A DNA stretch of 64,000 nt from Azolla caroliniana (Eukaryota > Plantae > Polypodiophyta): NCBI GenBank assembly GCA_043228905.1, contig JBHGNT010000021.1, positions 11,470,001 to 11,534,000 on the forward strand, in the 5' to 3' direction. Positions 38,930 through 51,465 of this stretch are shown here, piece by piece; the stretch's first letter is position 1; every line of letters starts with the position of its first letter. A program made the translations under genes and the position numbers. Under the pieces are notes generated by a model that saw only the letters and a program-made list of their open reading frames with translations, was not told the origin of the DNA and searched no databases.

Positions 38930-41900
38930 CGGGGGAATAGACCTTTTGAAAGGTATCTTTGCTTCTCAAAACCTAGAAACAGAGAAGACTCACTGTTTCT
39001 AGTATACAAAAGAGAGGATTTACACGTTAAATACTTGCATTTGTTTTTCAATGCTTTCTCACTTGATGTGAGATTGTGGCATTGGAAGTTGCTTCTTAGT
39101 TGCATTCCATTTTCCTTGGCACACACATGCATAACCTAAAACACGGTGATAGTTGTACTTGAGACCACCTAGTGAGTAATGTCTCAATTATCATTAGGTG
39201 CTTAGATTTGCAATCGACCAAGCTTACTCACCACCCAATGGCCTCTGAAATGTCCAAGGTTATGAGTACCTCACGCGGTGGTTCCTTTAATTCCCATAGA
39301 AATCAGTTTATGAGTGGAAAAGACCACCTTGAGATCTGTAAATTTGACGGATCCAACTTTGCCTTGTGAAAGAATCGGATGAAAGATGTCCTGATTCAAA
39401 GAAGGAAATCAAGGCAAGGCCATTAGGTGGCGAAGCCAAGAGACCTGAGGACATGACCAAGGACGATTGGGAAGAGCTCAATCTCTTGGCAATGTCTACG
39501 ATAAGATTGCACCTAGCTAACAACGTGTATTTCACGGTCTTGGATTATGACTCAGCTGAAATGCTATGGGCTAAACTATGCAATGCATACAAAAAAGAGA
39601 CTGCATCAAACAAAGTTTATCTAATGAGAAAAATTTATGATCTTCGAATGAAGGACAATGATAGTGTCGCCTCTCATTTGAATGATGATGCATTATGGTC
39701 ACAATTACAAGCTCGGAAAATGATTATGGACGATGAGCTGAAATGTGTATTTTTGTTATGCACTTTGCCTAGCTCATGGGACACTTTTTGCACCGCTATT
39801 AGTGCTAGTGCACCAAATGGGAAATTAGTCTATAATGACATATGTGGAGCACTTTTGGGTGAAGAAATTCATAGGAAATCTATGATTGAATCATCGAATG
39901 GAGATGCATATAATGTTTATGATATTGGTTCTCGCAAGAACCAACACTATGTTAGGAGCCAAACAAGAAATAGTAGTGGAAATGATAGAGGTAGAAGCAA
40001 ATCTAGGAAGAAAAATATTGAGTGTCATTATTGTCATAAAAAGGGACACCTTAAGAAAGATTGTTATGCCCTAAAAAATACGGAGAAAGATAATGCTAAA
40101 TTCAAAGGTAATGGGCATGGAAGACAATGTAGTGGTCCCTCTTCCTCGGTGGAAATAGAGGAAGTAAATGCAACATATGATGAGACAGACATCTTGGTCT
40201 TAGATGATGTTAGCACACATGTTGGGGTAAACATGGACTTTTCTCCATCACATACGTGGTTGGACTCCGGTGCATCATTTCATGTGACTCCACATAGAGA
40301 GTGGTTCACATGTTATGAAGCCAAGCCACTTGGGAATGTTAGACGTGGAGACTCACATCAGTGTGATGTGATTGGCATTGGAGATATCTCAATGCATTTT
40401 AGTGATGGTTCTCATCTCACCATTAAAAATGTACGCCATGTTCCTCAACTAACTCGTAGTTTAATTTCCGTTGGTCAGCTTGATGACAATGGATATAAGG
40501 TGATATTTGCTTCTCACGAAAGGAAATATGATTGTTGCAAAAGGGAACAAAGTTGGTTCCCTCTACCCTCTATTTGTTCATAAAAAAGAACATTTGTTGG
40601 CTGGACGAGCATTTGGCATGGCCATTTAGGCCACATGTCAAGAAATGACATGGAAATTCTATCCCGTTATGGCCACTTACCTAAGTTGTCATTCTTTGAT
40701 TTTGTTTTATGTGAACATTGTCAACATGGTAAGCAAACCAGAAGTGCACATAAGACAACTGTTAACTCATCCACTAAACCATTGGACCTTGTCCACACAG
40801 ATGTTTGTGGACCTATGCCCACAAGATCTTTGGGTGGTGCACTATATTTTGTTACTTTCATTGATGATGCCACTAAGAAAGTTTGGCCAAAATGGTGTGG
40901 CTGAGAGGATGAATAGAACCATCCAGGACAGAGTTGTCTCTATCTTACACCATGCAAACCTTTTCTAAGGTTTTTGGGCAGAAGTTGTTTTAACAACAGT
41001 CCATGTGATTAATCTATCACCGAACATAGCCATAGGTCTAAAAGTGGCACGAGAGTTGTGGACATGCAAGACACCTCATTATGCTCATCTTAGAGTTTTT
41101 GGATGCGATGCATATTGATGATGAGAGAAAGAAAAAAGATATAGTAGAGAAGAGGAAGAGAAAAGAATACTTCAATATACTATTAGGAAAACAATACAAT
41201 CCTCTTAGACTCCAAAAGTAACAACCCCAAATAACTACTGCAATATACTATTAGCCAAAATAATCTTTCCTTCTTCTCTCTTTCTTCAACTAATATTCTT
41301 CTCACTTCTTCTAATCTTCTTATTGTTCCTCACTTATTCTTGTAGATATTCTATTCTTCCTCCCTTTCTCTCTTGTAGATCTTCTATTCTTCCTTCTGTC
41401 TCCTTGTAGATATTCTATTCCTTCTTTTGTTTCCTTGTAGATATTCTATTCCTCCCCCCTCTATTGCTAAGAATACCGTCATATTCATAGGTTTTTAGTT
41501 GCGTTATTCTTGCTTTTTTCATATATCCTCGAGTTTGTGTGATGTGTTTTTCATATCATTATTTATAGTTTGTCATCTAAATTTATCATACAAGAAAGCT
41601 CTCTTTGCCAGCTTTCTTAGAATCTTTTCTTTTGAAATTTGGACATGAGATGAAGAAGTTATGAGCTTTTTTCTCTACCTTGCTTTCTTTGCCTTTGTAT
41701 GGGTTTCTTCCTTTTTAATATTTTCTTTCTTTTTCTACTTTTGGAAAACACCTCTAACTTTATATCCCTTCAATCTCATTCGTTTTTTAACTCTTGAACC
41801 TTTCATGTTGTGCTTTATTCTTATACACCTTACCATCTGATGTATCTGCCATGGTCTTTTCTTACGAGCAAAAATTGACTTCACACATATGTACACGTTC

Positions 41901-44200
41901 CAAAAACATTAAAAAAGAAATTGGACTATAACTGGAGAAAATGTATATTCCTTGGTTACGGAATTGAGGGGCAGTTTGGATATCGCTTATGGGACCTTGA
42001 CACATGTATTGTGGTCAGAAGTAGTGATGTTGTTTTTTATTAGAACAAAATGCATAAACAGTCCCTAAAGGAGATAGAAATAAGAAAGGTTGCGTTTAAA
42101 GATATTATGCCTTCTAATGATGTAAAATAGAAAATTCTTATTGATGTAGATGCTTCTATATGTGGCAGTCACGAAAAACTGTTATTGGTCAGTATGATGA
42201 TGCCCAAAATTATGTGTTTAGCACGTGCAAAATAATGATTTTCAGCAAGAATATGCTCAGAATGATGTTTTTCATGCATAACTTGAGGGTATTTAGGTTC
42301 AAGAATCATTGAGGAGATCCACATGTGTCTTCAAAGCACCTAGTAAGTTAGCTAATTATGTAATATTAACAGATGTCGGTGAACCTTCATGTTACAATGA
42401 GGCCATATTTGTTCATGATCATGCTAAATGGAAACAAGCGATGCAAAATGAGTTGGACAATATCCATAAGAACAGAACTTGGGATTTAGTACCTTTGCCA
42501 AAAGGTAGGAAAGCAGTACCATGTAAATGGGTGTATAAATACAAATACACATCTGGTAGTGTTCATCCCAAGTATAAAGCTTGCATTGTGGCAAAAGGTT
42601 TTAAACAAGAGCAAGGAGTCTATTATGATGAAATATTCTCTCTGGTAGTCAACATGACTACATTACGTATGATGCTTGCATTGGCTGTCACAAATGATCT
42701 TGATTTATTTCAAATGGATGTAAAAACTGTTTTTTTGCATGGAGATCTTGACGAAGAGATCTATATAGAGCAACCAAAGGGCTTTGAAGTTTAGAGAAAA
42801 TGCCTTTGGTATGTAAATCACCACGAAAAGTTTATATGGTCTTAAGGAATCACCACGAAAAATGGTATAAAAAATTCGATGCTTTTATGAGGTCCCAAAG
42901 TTATGCTAGGAGTAATGAAGATTCATGCTTGTATAGATGACTCATATGTGATTTTGATACTCTATGTAGATGACATGCTAATCGCCGATAACAACAAGGA
43001 TTAGTTGTCCAAACTAAAGAAAAATATGAGTCAAACCTTCGATATGAAAGATTTGGGAAATGCTAAACATATCCATTGAATGCGTATTACTTGGGATAGG
43101 AGTAATGGATGTATTTATTTGTCTTAATCTAAGTATGTATGCAAAATACTCAAGAGGTTTAATATGGAGAATGCAAAGCCTTTGAGCACTCCATTATCTT
43201 TGCATGTTAAGTTGAGCAAAGATGAATGCCCCAATTCTGATCATGAAACAGAATTCATGAGTAAAATTCCTTACCAGTCTGCTGTTGGTAGTCTTATGTA
43301 CGCTATGGTAGCGACTAGGCCAAACATTGCTTTTGCAGTGGGAGCTGTGAGCAGATTTTTGTCAAATCCTGGTAAGAAACATAGGGAGGCAGTCAAACTG
43401 ATATTAAGATATCTGTGTGGCACTAAGAATAGGTGTCTATGTTTAGGTGGCGGAAATGTATCCATTATAAGATATACAAACTCTGACTATGCTGGCAGTT
43501 CTGACAGTAGAAAATCCATATCTTGGAGGTGCCATATCTTAGAGATCTCGTCTCCAAGATTGTATTGCTCTATCCACTACAAGAGTAGAGTATGTTGTAG
43601 TTAGCTAAGCATGTAAGGAAATTGTATGGCTGTCGAGATTAGCTTGTGACATGGGCATACCTAATCTTGTACCAATACTGTTTTGTGATAGTCAGAGTGC
43701 CATTGCATTGGCGAAAAACCTAGTATACCATGCAAAGACCAAGCACATTGGAGTGCAATATCACTTCATTCGGGAATGCATATTTGCTGGCTACATCAGA
43801 CTTGAGAAAGTTACCTCTCAAGAATATGCCGCAAATGCATTGACCAAAGCTCTCCGCATGATGCGCTACAACATTGCTATCACTTGATGGGAATTACTTA
43901 GGTTATGAGGTTACATACTGTTTTTGTATATTGTGTAACATACTCATCAAGTAGGATGTGTAGGTCTTGTTCAATCTTCCCATCAACTTTGCTGATCCCT
44001 TGTTTGGCATTTAGTGGGAGATTGATAGTGAGAAAGGACAAAAAGGTAATTTCTCACTATTTGTGAATAGGTATATAAGTCAATAGAAACGAGGGTTTTC
44101 TGTGTCCCCCGCCAAAAAGTTGTTTTTTGTCTTCTTCTTTTTTTTGTGTGCTGTTCACCATTTTTTTGTAGGGAAAAACAACAGCTCGTCTGCTTCCGTT
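38930..44200 (+). mobile_element. Ty1/copia element C, degenerate
   Basis: Gag KFDGSNF, CHYCHKKGHLKKDC; protease WLDSGASFH; INT LVHTDVCGP; RT QMDVKTVFLHGDL, YVDDML; RH FCDSQSAI, TKHIGVQYHFIRE. PPT AGTGGGAGAT, then LTR start TG at 44023. Confidence 0.9.
41116..41885. mobile_element. Solo LTR (770 bp) inserted in copia C integrase
   Basis: TG...CA termini. 5-bp TSD CATAT at 41111-41115 and 41886-41890 splits FGCDAY|VHVPK. Internal TTGTAGATATTCTATTC tandem repeats at 41340-41455. Confidence 0.9.
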
Positions 44201-44217
44201 GCTCCTCTCTCACTCAC

Positions 44218-44266
<49 letters not shown>

Positions 44267-44878
44267 ATTGAGCCTCGTTTACTCATCCATGACATTGCCC
44301 ACCAAAGTTTTTAATTCAACTCTTTTCGGGAAATTCAGGTTCATCCCCATATATACTCTTAGAGTGCACATTTTGTCATTGCGCTCCAAATGAGGAGTCG
44401 CTATTGTGCCACCCAACCATATGGGTCGATAAGGTGTCTCAATCTAAGAAACCGTAGATGAGTATGACAGAATGTATCAGTGAAAGAGCGAAGTAGGAAA
44501 ATAGGATTCACTAATTAACACAACTAGAAGAATATTTTGTGGGCAAGTTACAATGTACTTAATCTTGAAGTATATTCCATTGACTTTAAGATAAGTACTA
44601 TCTAGCACTAGCTTGTATCTAGGGAGCTGGGTCATATTAAATGACTAGTCAGTGACTTACACATTTAATGACCAAAGAGAGAATTTAATTCACTCTCTTA
44701 CATATTGGCTATGACTATCATCAGTCTCCACGAATTTTAGAGTGAGCTGGTCAATATCTCATTTAAGCTCTAAGGTATAAGCGCATGGGAAAAGTACCAT
44801 TGTGAGCTACTCTCATAAGTAATAGAAAGTTTTTTTTCATACATCCATCTCTATGATTATAAATCTCTATGTCTATCT

Positions 44879-45250
44879 CATCGATTCTCAATATTTCTAA
44901 CATGAGGCTCCACCCTCTCTATAAAAAAAAGGGAGGGTTTATTTTGCTTCTTCTTCATTCTTCGGTATTTCGTGGGGTCTTCTTCGGCGTTTTGGGAACT
45001 CAGGAGTGTTCGTCTTCATCTTCTTTGAGCTTGCGTGAAGACTTCCTCGAGATTGTGAGGAGTCATCGATTCTCAATATTTCTAACATGAGGCGCCACCC
45101 TCTCTATAAGAAAAAGGGAGTGCTTATTTTGCTTCTTCTTCATTCTTCAGTATTTGGTGGTCTTCTTCGGCGTTTTGGGAACTCGGGAGTGTTCGCCTTC
45201 ATCTTCTTCGAGTTTGTGTGAAGACTTCTTTGAGATTGCGAGAAGTTATG
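44879..45250. repeat. Tandem duplication, ~185-bp unit (possibly LTR-derived)
   Basis: CATCGATTCTCAATATTTCTAACATGAGGC..CTCTCTATAA occurs at 44879 and 45064. Confidence 0.85.
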
Positions 45251-45721
45251 TTCAAGTTTTACGTGGGGTCTTCTTTATTTTCTTTTCTTCTTCGAGATTG
45301 CGAGGAGTCATCTTGAGGTTTTACGTGGGGCCTTCTTTATTCTCTTTTCTTCTTCGAGTCTTATTCGTCTGTGTTTTCAGCTCTCAAGTGGACACAACGA
45401 GGGGTCAATTTCTTCAGGGTTCTTGTCATGGTCAATTGTTCTTTGTTCTTTATTAGTTTTTCAATATTCCAAGGGAGGCTCCCCATGCTCAATGTACGCT
45501 ATGGTGCTCGATATATTTCATCTTGTTCGGTGGAGGCAACAAGGAGGCAGGAAGCTAGCACACCGGTTGTTCTTATGGAGGATAGAGTGGCATGAGAAAT
45601 CTACGATGATTTGAGGCATCGTAGCTATTGGAGGTAGTTGTGGTCTTGGTGGCTTACTCCACTTGCCTGCAATGGAAGCTTCACTCCTATTATTGACTAT
45701 GTCTTGCTTCAACTCGCAGTC

Positions 45722-46790
45722 AACATGAAGAGGGGTTGCGATGGATTTGCAGTTCGTCATTCCGAACTTGAAGAGCATACTCAACACATAATGTCCTTGG
45801 CTGATTAGTATGCCTTCGGGGGTGCGAATCACTTCGATCCCGAGGAGGTAATGAAGGTTCCCTAGATCCTTCATTTCGAATGATGCCACAAGCTGGGACT
45901 TAATGCGGCCAATTTCTTCTAGGTCGGTGCCGACGATGACTAAATCATCCACATATAGCAAAAATGCTTACCAGCCCATCTTGAACCTGTTAGATAAATG
46001 TTAAAGAGTTTGATTTCGACGGAGGAAACCCCATCCGACGCAACCTTTGGGTGATCTTTGCGTTTTGATGGGCTTGCTTCAGTTTGTAAAGGGACTTCTT
46101 CAGTCAGTAGACAACGGACGTGTTGAATCTGGGATGCAATTAAGGAGGCCGCACCATATACAATTGTTCCTCAAGCTGTTCTTGTAGGAACGCATTCTTG
46201 AAATCCATCTGGTGCAGATGTCATCCCTTTACCATGACTATCTCTAGCAAGAAACAGATAGTCGTCATCTTCGCGACCGACGCAAACGTCTCATCATAAT
46301 CGATGTTGTGTTGCTGCATGTAGCCCTTGGCCACCAGTCAGGCCTTGTATTAGTTGACGGAGCTGTCGACGTTGTAATTTACCTTGTACAGCCACTTGCA
46401 TTCGATCAGCTTTACACCTTTAGGGGCGTCAACCAGGTCCCATGTTTCATTTTCTTCTAATGCGCGCATCTGTTCCTTCGGCGGCATCCTAATCTACGTT
46501 TTTTGCTAGCTTTGCGTAGCTCTCTGGTACATGCGCTTCCGCCACCTTCGCCATATATGCATAGTGATGCGCCATATATTCATTGTACCCGTATCGAAAC
46601 ACAAGGTTCTTTTTGTGGGTGGATCGGCGCAACTTCTGGTTAGCTCCCTTTTTTCTAAGCTCAAGAACCATTCGACATGGTTCATCATATGATTTGACGC
46701 TCCGAAAGCAATGTACCAATGCTCCTCCAGCTTTGTGGTACGTGCACCGACCCAATTTGCTTTATGATTCATTACGAGTGTGGGGCCCAT
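45722..46790 (-). mobile_element. Deleted Ty1/copia fragment (protease, RT)
   Basis: LYVDDLVI..FEMKDLGNLHYLLGIEV; HQMDFKNAFL; WDLVDAP; EEHWYIAFGASNHM. Confidence 0.85.
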
Positions 46791-47104
46791 TTCATAGAGG
46801 AAGGGCATGCACATTCGATTTACTCACCTCGAGTGCTTCATAGAGGAAGAAGACAAGATTATTGCACAAGTGCGCCGAGAGGGGAGGATGTTTATCCTTG
46901 AAACAAATGATGTAGGCACCGTCGCTGAATCGGATATTGACTTGTGGCACAAGTGGTTCAGCCACATCAACTTCTCGTGGCTTCGGGAAATGCAGACAAA
47001 GAACATCATTTTCAGCTTGCTAAAAATTAGTGACCGAAAGGTTCAAGTCTGCGAAGCCAGCCAATCTAGGGAAGGGAAGACACACACTGACTTCCGCTCC
47101 CAAA
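46791..47104 (+). mobile_element. Copia GAG-pre-integrase fragment (element F, left part)
   Basis: REGRMFILET..DIDLWHKWFSHINF..VCEASQ. Continues at ~63635 after the nested copia E. Confidence 0.8.
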
Positions 47105-47145
47105 TGAAAGAAATTAGAGCTGAAACAAGTCTGCAGTGGAAGAAC

Positions 47146-47198
<53 letters not shown>

Positions 47199-47200
<2 letters not shown>

Positions 47201-47770
47201 GCAAAGGTATTCATTTGGAGAGTTTTGATCAGAGAATTGCCTTTGGGATTAGCTTTAAAGCGTCGTGGACTAGCAACGGGTACCTGCTTCTTTTGCACAG
47301 TTCAGATAGAAGATAATACTCATCGATTTATACAATGTCCAATTGCTTGTCAAATTTGGAGTTACATTTCTCAAATTTGGCAAGTTTTATCACGGAGTTA
47401 TTTGACGCCTAGACAATGGGTGTTTGCACAATTTACACAGGCTGACCCAAAATCAGAGATGGAGATTGTTTTCCTATTTCTGAGATATTGGGGATTGCAT
47501 CAGAATTTGTATTTGATGGTAGACATGGAGTGAAAGCATATCTACGAAAGTTGAAGGGAGTACTAATGTGACAATTTTCTTTATTGGAACAAGTGGAAAT
47601 TCTTTCCTCGGTGGAGTGTTCGTCTTGCCTATTGGCAATTCAACATGTTCCACTACCCATGTAGGGTAGTGTAGTGTAGTGTAGTTAGTGTGTGACCATA
47701 CTCCATTGTCACATGTATTGTAAGTAGTGTTTTTCACACACATTTATTAATATAATTGTGTGTTTTCACC

Positions 47771-47775
<5 letters not shown>
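47199..47775 (+). mobile_element. 5'-truncated L1-type LINE 3' fragment (zf-RVT)
   Basis: RELPLGLALKRRG..CFFCTVQIEDNTHRFIQCPIACQIW. Ends in a short A run; flanked on both sides by (GA)n. Confidence 0.8.
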
Positions 47776-47805
<30 letters not shown>

Positions 47806-49174
47806 AAGAAAGATATATTAACGTCTTCTAAGGACAAATTTGGCCCATGAGACAATTGGTTTACAACAAAAGAGTATTTATCCAGTCATCATAACTAAAA
47901 TAAAATTATGTAAAAAATAGAACTTAAACTAAAAGAGTTCTAGTAGTGTACAATACGTAGTATACTCGAAAGTGACTATACACTAAGCCTAATTTTATTT
48001 CCACCCAAGCCTCTCGAAAAGAAGTGGGGGGTCAAAGGGTCTTGATGTGGGTGTGACCCGTGGTTCCAATGTAGAGAATGCCCTAGCCATGGCTTCTAGG
48101 CGGTGTAGCTCACGTTCCCTTATTTTCAATATTGCTTCCACATCACGTCGAGTTGCTTTGAAACCCAGCACCCGAGGACGTTTGGTTCTTCTCTGGTTTT
48201 CTGCTTTATCAATGGAAAGGCTGAGTGGTGCAAGTGTGTCGGCATTCGTTGTCTCCCCTTGTTCCTGAAAAACTTCATTTGTTACATGTTCGTGATCATT
48301 AGCAACATTATTGTCAACATTTTGTAACTTATTCTCTTTGTGTTGTTTTAGCTCTAGAATGTATTTGCCTAATTTCTTTATATCTAGAGTATCTAATAGT
48401 TTGGGGAGGGTGGGAGACAACCAAGTATGTCTTGGTATTTTACCCTTATCTCGGCATAGGTTGGACACTTGCATGTAAAGTGATATTTTGGCCGCGTGAT
48501 AAAACCTAACTCAGAGAAGTGCATGAAGTGTTTCTTATAGTACAACATTTTAGATGGGAGTGGCTCTAGTGGGGTGATCCATTTACACCGAGTGTAAATT
48601 TTCCATATTTCTTGGCGTATTACTTAATTGCGGTCCTCATGAGAGATTAAAGTGTTATCACTCGTGTGGTTGTACCTAAGGGGAGGTAGGTTATTAATGT
48701 CTAGACCATTCACAAGAAGCCAACTCACTATCATGCCATACCATGAGCTAGTACAGTCGGACTCATACAATGATCGAGAGGCCTTAAAGGCTTGATGAGA
48801 TATTCTATCATGTGGTTGGCTATGTATCCTGTGAATGAAGAGGTGGTGGGGAGAAGGTTTGAGGGGAACGAGGGAAGAGAGAGAGGGTATAAAAAGGTAG
48901 TGAGAGGTATAGGGGAGGGGGAAGGGAGAGAAAGAGAGAGAGAGAGGGAGAGAGAGAGAGAGAGAAACGGAATGAGTAAAGATATAAAATAGTAGTAAGG
49001 GGAGAGAGAGAGAGAGAGAACTATGGATTTTAGTGAAACGTGTAGAAAAAGGTAGTGAGAGGTATAGGGGAGGGGGAAGGGAGAAGGGAGAAAAAAGGGG
49101 AGAGAGAACTATGGATTTTAGTGTAATGTGTATAAAAAGGTAGTGAGAGGTATAGGGGAGGGGGAAGGGAGAGA

Positions 49175-49225
<51 letters not shown>

Positions 49226-49428
49226 AATGAGTGAAGATATAAAATAGTAGTAAGGGAGGGAGAGAGAGAGAGAGAGAAATATAGATTTTAGTGAAATATA
49301 AGGGAAAGATAGGGGAGTATAGATAGGAGGGAAGGGGAAAAAGGAGATGTGTGTGACTAGTAAATAGTAGTAAGGGGGAAGGAGGGAGGAACGAGGAAGG
49401 GGGATAGATGAAGGGTGAGAAAATATGT

Positions 49429-51459
49429 TTATGGGGGTTCTAAGATGTTTTTAGTTTTGACTAGAAAAGAGTGGAGGTTTTTGGATTTTGTCCAACAAAT
49501 AATGGGTTTAGGGATATGTTGTAGTTGGGGATCTAATTGTAGGCTAGAGTGTAGGCTATTGAGCATTTCTTTGATAATTAGTGTGGGGGTATGGCGAGTA
49601 TATCTAAGTTTAAAGATAGTGGGTGGGGTGGTTTTTTTAGTTTTTTCTTTGAAGAGGAGAGTGTGTCTAAGGGAGTAAGGGTGTTTTCTAAAGTTCTTTA
49701 GAATAAAATGCGTGGGATAACCTCGGGCCCTAAGTCTCGTAAAGAATTTCTTTTGCATATTTAAATAACCTAGGGATGTGCTTTCTCTAACCATATATCT
49801 TTTTAATTCATTCGAAACGAAACTATTTTTAACATGGAGAGGGTGATTGGAGGAATAAGGGATGTATTGATATGTATTAAGTGTTTTTTGAAAGCAATTA
49901 AAAGTGAATCTATTATTATCTAAGTTAATCCACAAGTCTAAAAAGGGTAGTTTCGTGTAAGAAGTATGTATGGTTAGTTTGATAGAGTTTTGAGTAGTGT
50001 TACTATAGAAGTTTAGGTATTCGAAAAGTTGGGGTTTAGTACCAGTCCAAACGCCAAAGGCATCATCAATATACCTAGTGAAATAGAAAAGGTGGGGTGA
50101 TGGATTGGAATTTTCTAGATATGAGAGGAAGAGACATGCGTAGACAACGGAAAAATTACTGCCCATGGCTGTTCCTTTTACCTGTTGATAAATTTTGTTG
50201 TTGAATTTTAGGAAGTGGTATTCTAAAGTGAGGGCGCTAAGGGTATAAATCAAATTAGTTTTTTGGTTCGAAAAGTGGGGGGAAATAATATTTTTTAGGG
50301 CTAAAAGTCCTAGTTTTGGTGGGATGCTAGGGTAGAGTGATTCAACATCAAAAGAAAAAATGAAGCTATTGGGTGGTGTTATAAGTTGTTCTAAGGTTTG
50401 GACAAGGGAATGGGAGTCCCTAAGATATTGTTTTTGACGTAGAAGTATAAGGAGGAGTTGGTGGTGAAGCCATTTAGACGTTTGTTCAAATAATGAACCA
50501 TTATATGAGCAAATTGGTCTATAGCTAACAGGGGTTTTATGTACTTTTGGTAGGAAGTACATATTAGGTACTGAGTAACCTTTAGGAGGTTTGTGTAGGA
50601 TAAATTGTATTTCTATGAGAGACAAGATATTAAGGTTACGGTTGACTATGTCATGTAGTCGACTTAAAAGTTCTTCTAATGGGAGACTATTAACTTTTTT
50701 ATATGTAGTGATGTCAGATAAATGTTCTAGGGCTTTATCTAGGTATGTTTTTTTATCAAGGACACCAACTCCGATGTTTTTGTCCGCTGGTAGGATGATT
50801 ATTTGTTTGTTTTTTCTAAGGCTGGTTAGTGCTATTTGGAGGTGTAGTGGTATTTTGGTATTAGGTAGTATATTATTATGGAGGTTTGTGGAGAGAGAGA
50901 TATTGTGTTTATGGAGTATAGACTCTAATGGTGGATACTTAGTAGGAGGGTTCCAATTCGGGTTGGGTAGTTTGAAGGGATTAGAGGGGGGAGAGTTGAA
51001 GTCTTTAAAGAAATGTTTAAGTCTCAAGGATCTACTAAGGTTTTGGTATTCTTGAAGAATGGATTGGTTAGTAGGTGGGGGGCAGGGGGGTATAAACTTA
51101 AGTCCTAGGTTTAAAAGTTTGATTTCTAATGTACTAAGGGCGTAATTTGAAAGATTATGAATTTTGCTTTTTAAGACGGGAGTCGTGTCTATGGTGGGAG
51201 TAAGTGGTTTCCAAAACTTGCTTTTTAAGAAGGGAGTCGTGTCTATGGTGGGAGTAAGTGGTTTCCAAAACTTGTATCTAAGCCTTTTAGTGCGTGATTT
51301 AGTGTAAGGGGAGAAGGGGAAATGAGAGTTTTTTCTACCTAGCCACATGTACGTATCACACGTTAAAGGGGGCCTATCTAGTATGTAAAAGAGACGTTTA
51401 CACGGGTGTAAGGCGTGCTTAAACCGTTTACTAATTCGTTTAGCACGCCTCCTTACACG
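49429..51459 (-). CDS. Penelope-like reverse transcriptase (frame open from the slippery site; first ATG at 51348)
   Basis: IHNLS..LLNLGLKFIP; ILPADKN; YFLPKVHK..RPI; FDVESLYPSIP; KGTAMGS; TRYIDD; LPFLDL; YIPYSSNHP; RLRARGYP. The ORF ends shortly after the thumb region. Confidence 0.92.
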   Translation of the reverse strand, partial: RVRRRAKRISKRFKHALHPCKRLFYILDRPPLTCDTYMWLGRKNSHFPFSPYTKSRTKRLRYKFWKPLTPTIDTTPFLKSKFWKPLTPTIDTTPVLKSKIHNLSNYALSTLEIKLLNLGLKFIPPCPPPTNQSILQEYQNLSRSLRLKHFFKDFNSPPSNPFKLPNPNWNPPTKYPPLESILHKHNISLSTNLHNNILPNTKIPLHLQIALTSLRKNKQIIILPADKNIGVGVLDKKTYLDKALEHLSDITTYKKVNSLPLEELLSRLHDIVNRNLNILSLIEIQFILHKPPKGYSVPNMYFLPKVHKTPVSYRPICSYNGSLFEQTSKWLHHQLLLILLRQKQYLRDSHSLVQTLEQLITPPNSFIFSFDVESLYPSIPPKLGLLALKNIISPHFSNQKTNLIYTLSALTLEYHFLKFNNKIYQQVKGTAMGSNFSVVYACLFLSYLENSNPSPHLFYFTRYIDDAFGVWTGTKPQLFEYLNFYSNTTQNSIKLTIHTSYTKLPFLDLWINLDNNRFTFNCFQKTLNTYQYIPYSSNHPLHVKNSFVSNELKRYMVRESTSLGYLNMQKKFFTRLRARGYPTHFILKNFRKHPYSLRHTLLFKEKTKKTTPPTIFKLRYTRHTPTLIIKEMLNSLHSSLQLDPQLQHIPKPIICWTKSKNLHSFLVKTKNILEPP

Positions 51460-51465
51460 TTTTTT
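51411..51465 (-). promoter_or_regulatory. Putative programmed -1 ribosomal frameshift signal
   Basis: Sense A_AAA_AAC (51465-51459) in the ORF1 frame, then 8-nt spacer GTGTAAGG, then stem AGGCGTGCT-AAAC...GTTT-A-AGCACGCCT. The -1 frame is open into the RT. Confidence 0.8.

Noticed and set aside
47995-48474. Third PLE ORF or displaced endonuclease downstream of the RT
   Set aside because: No GIY-YIG motif; it is the frameshifted C-terminus of the interrupted LINE ORF2 (HFTCKCP in the adjacent frame).
48828-48860. Splice acceptor after the polypyrimidine tail (..TTCATTCACAG)
   Set aside because: The bases read as LINE codons (FIHRIH), so a TE junction explains them more simply.
48480-49428. 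Hammerhead ribozyme expected in PLE termini
   Set aside because: No CTGANGA...GAAA core was found by eye on the sense strand; a covariance-model search is still needed.
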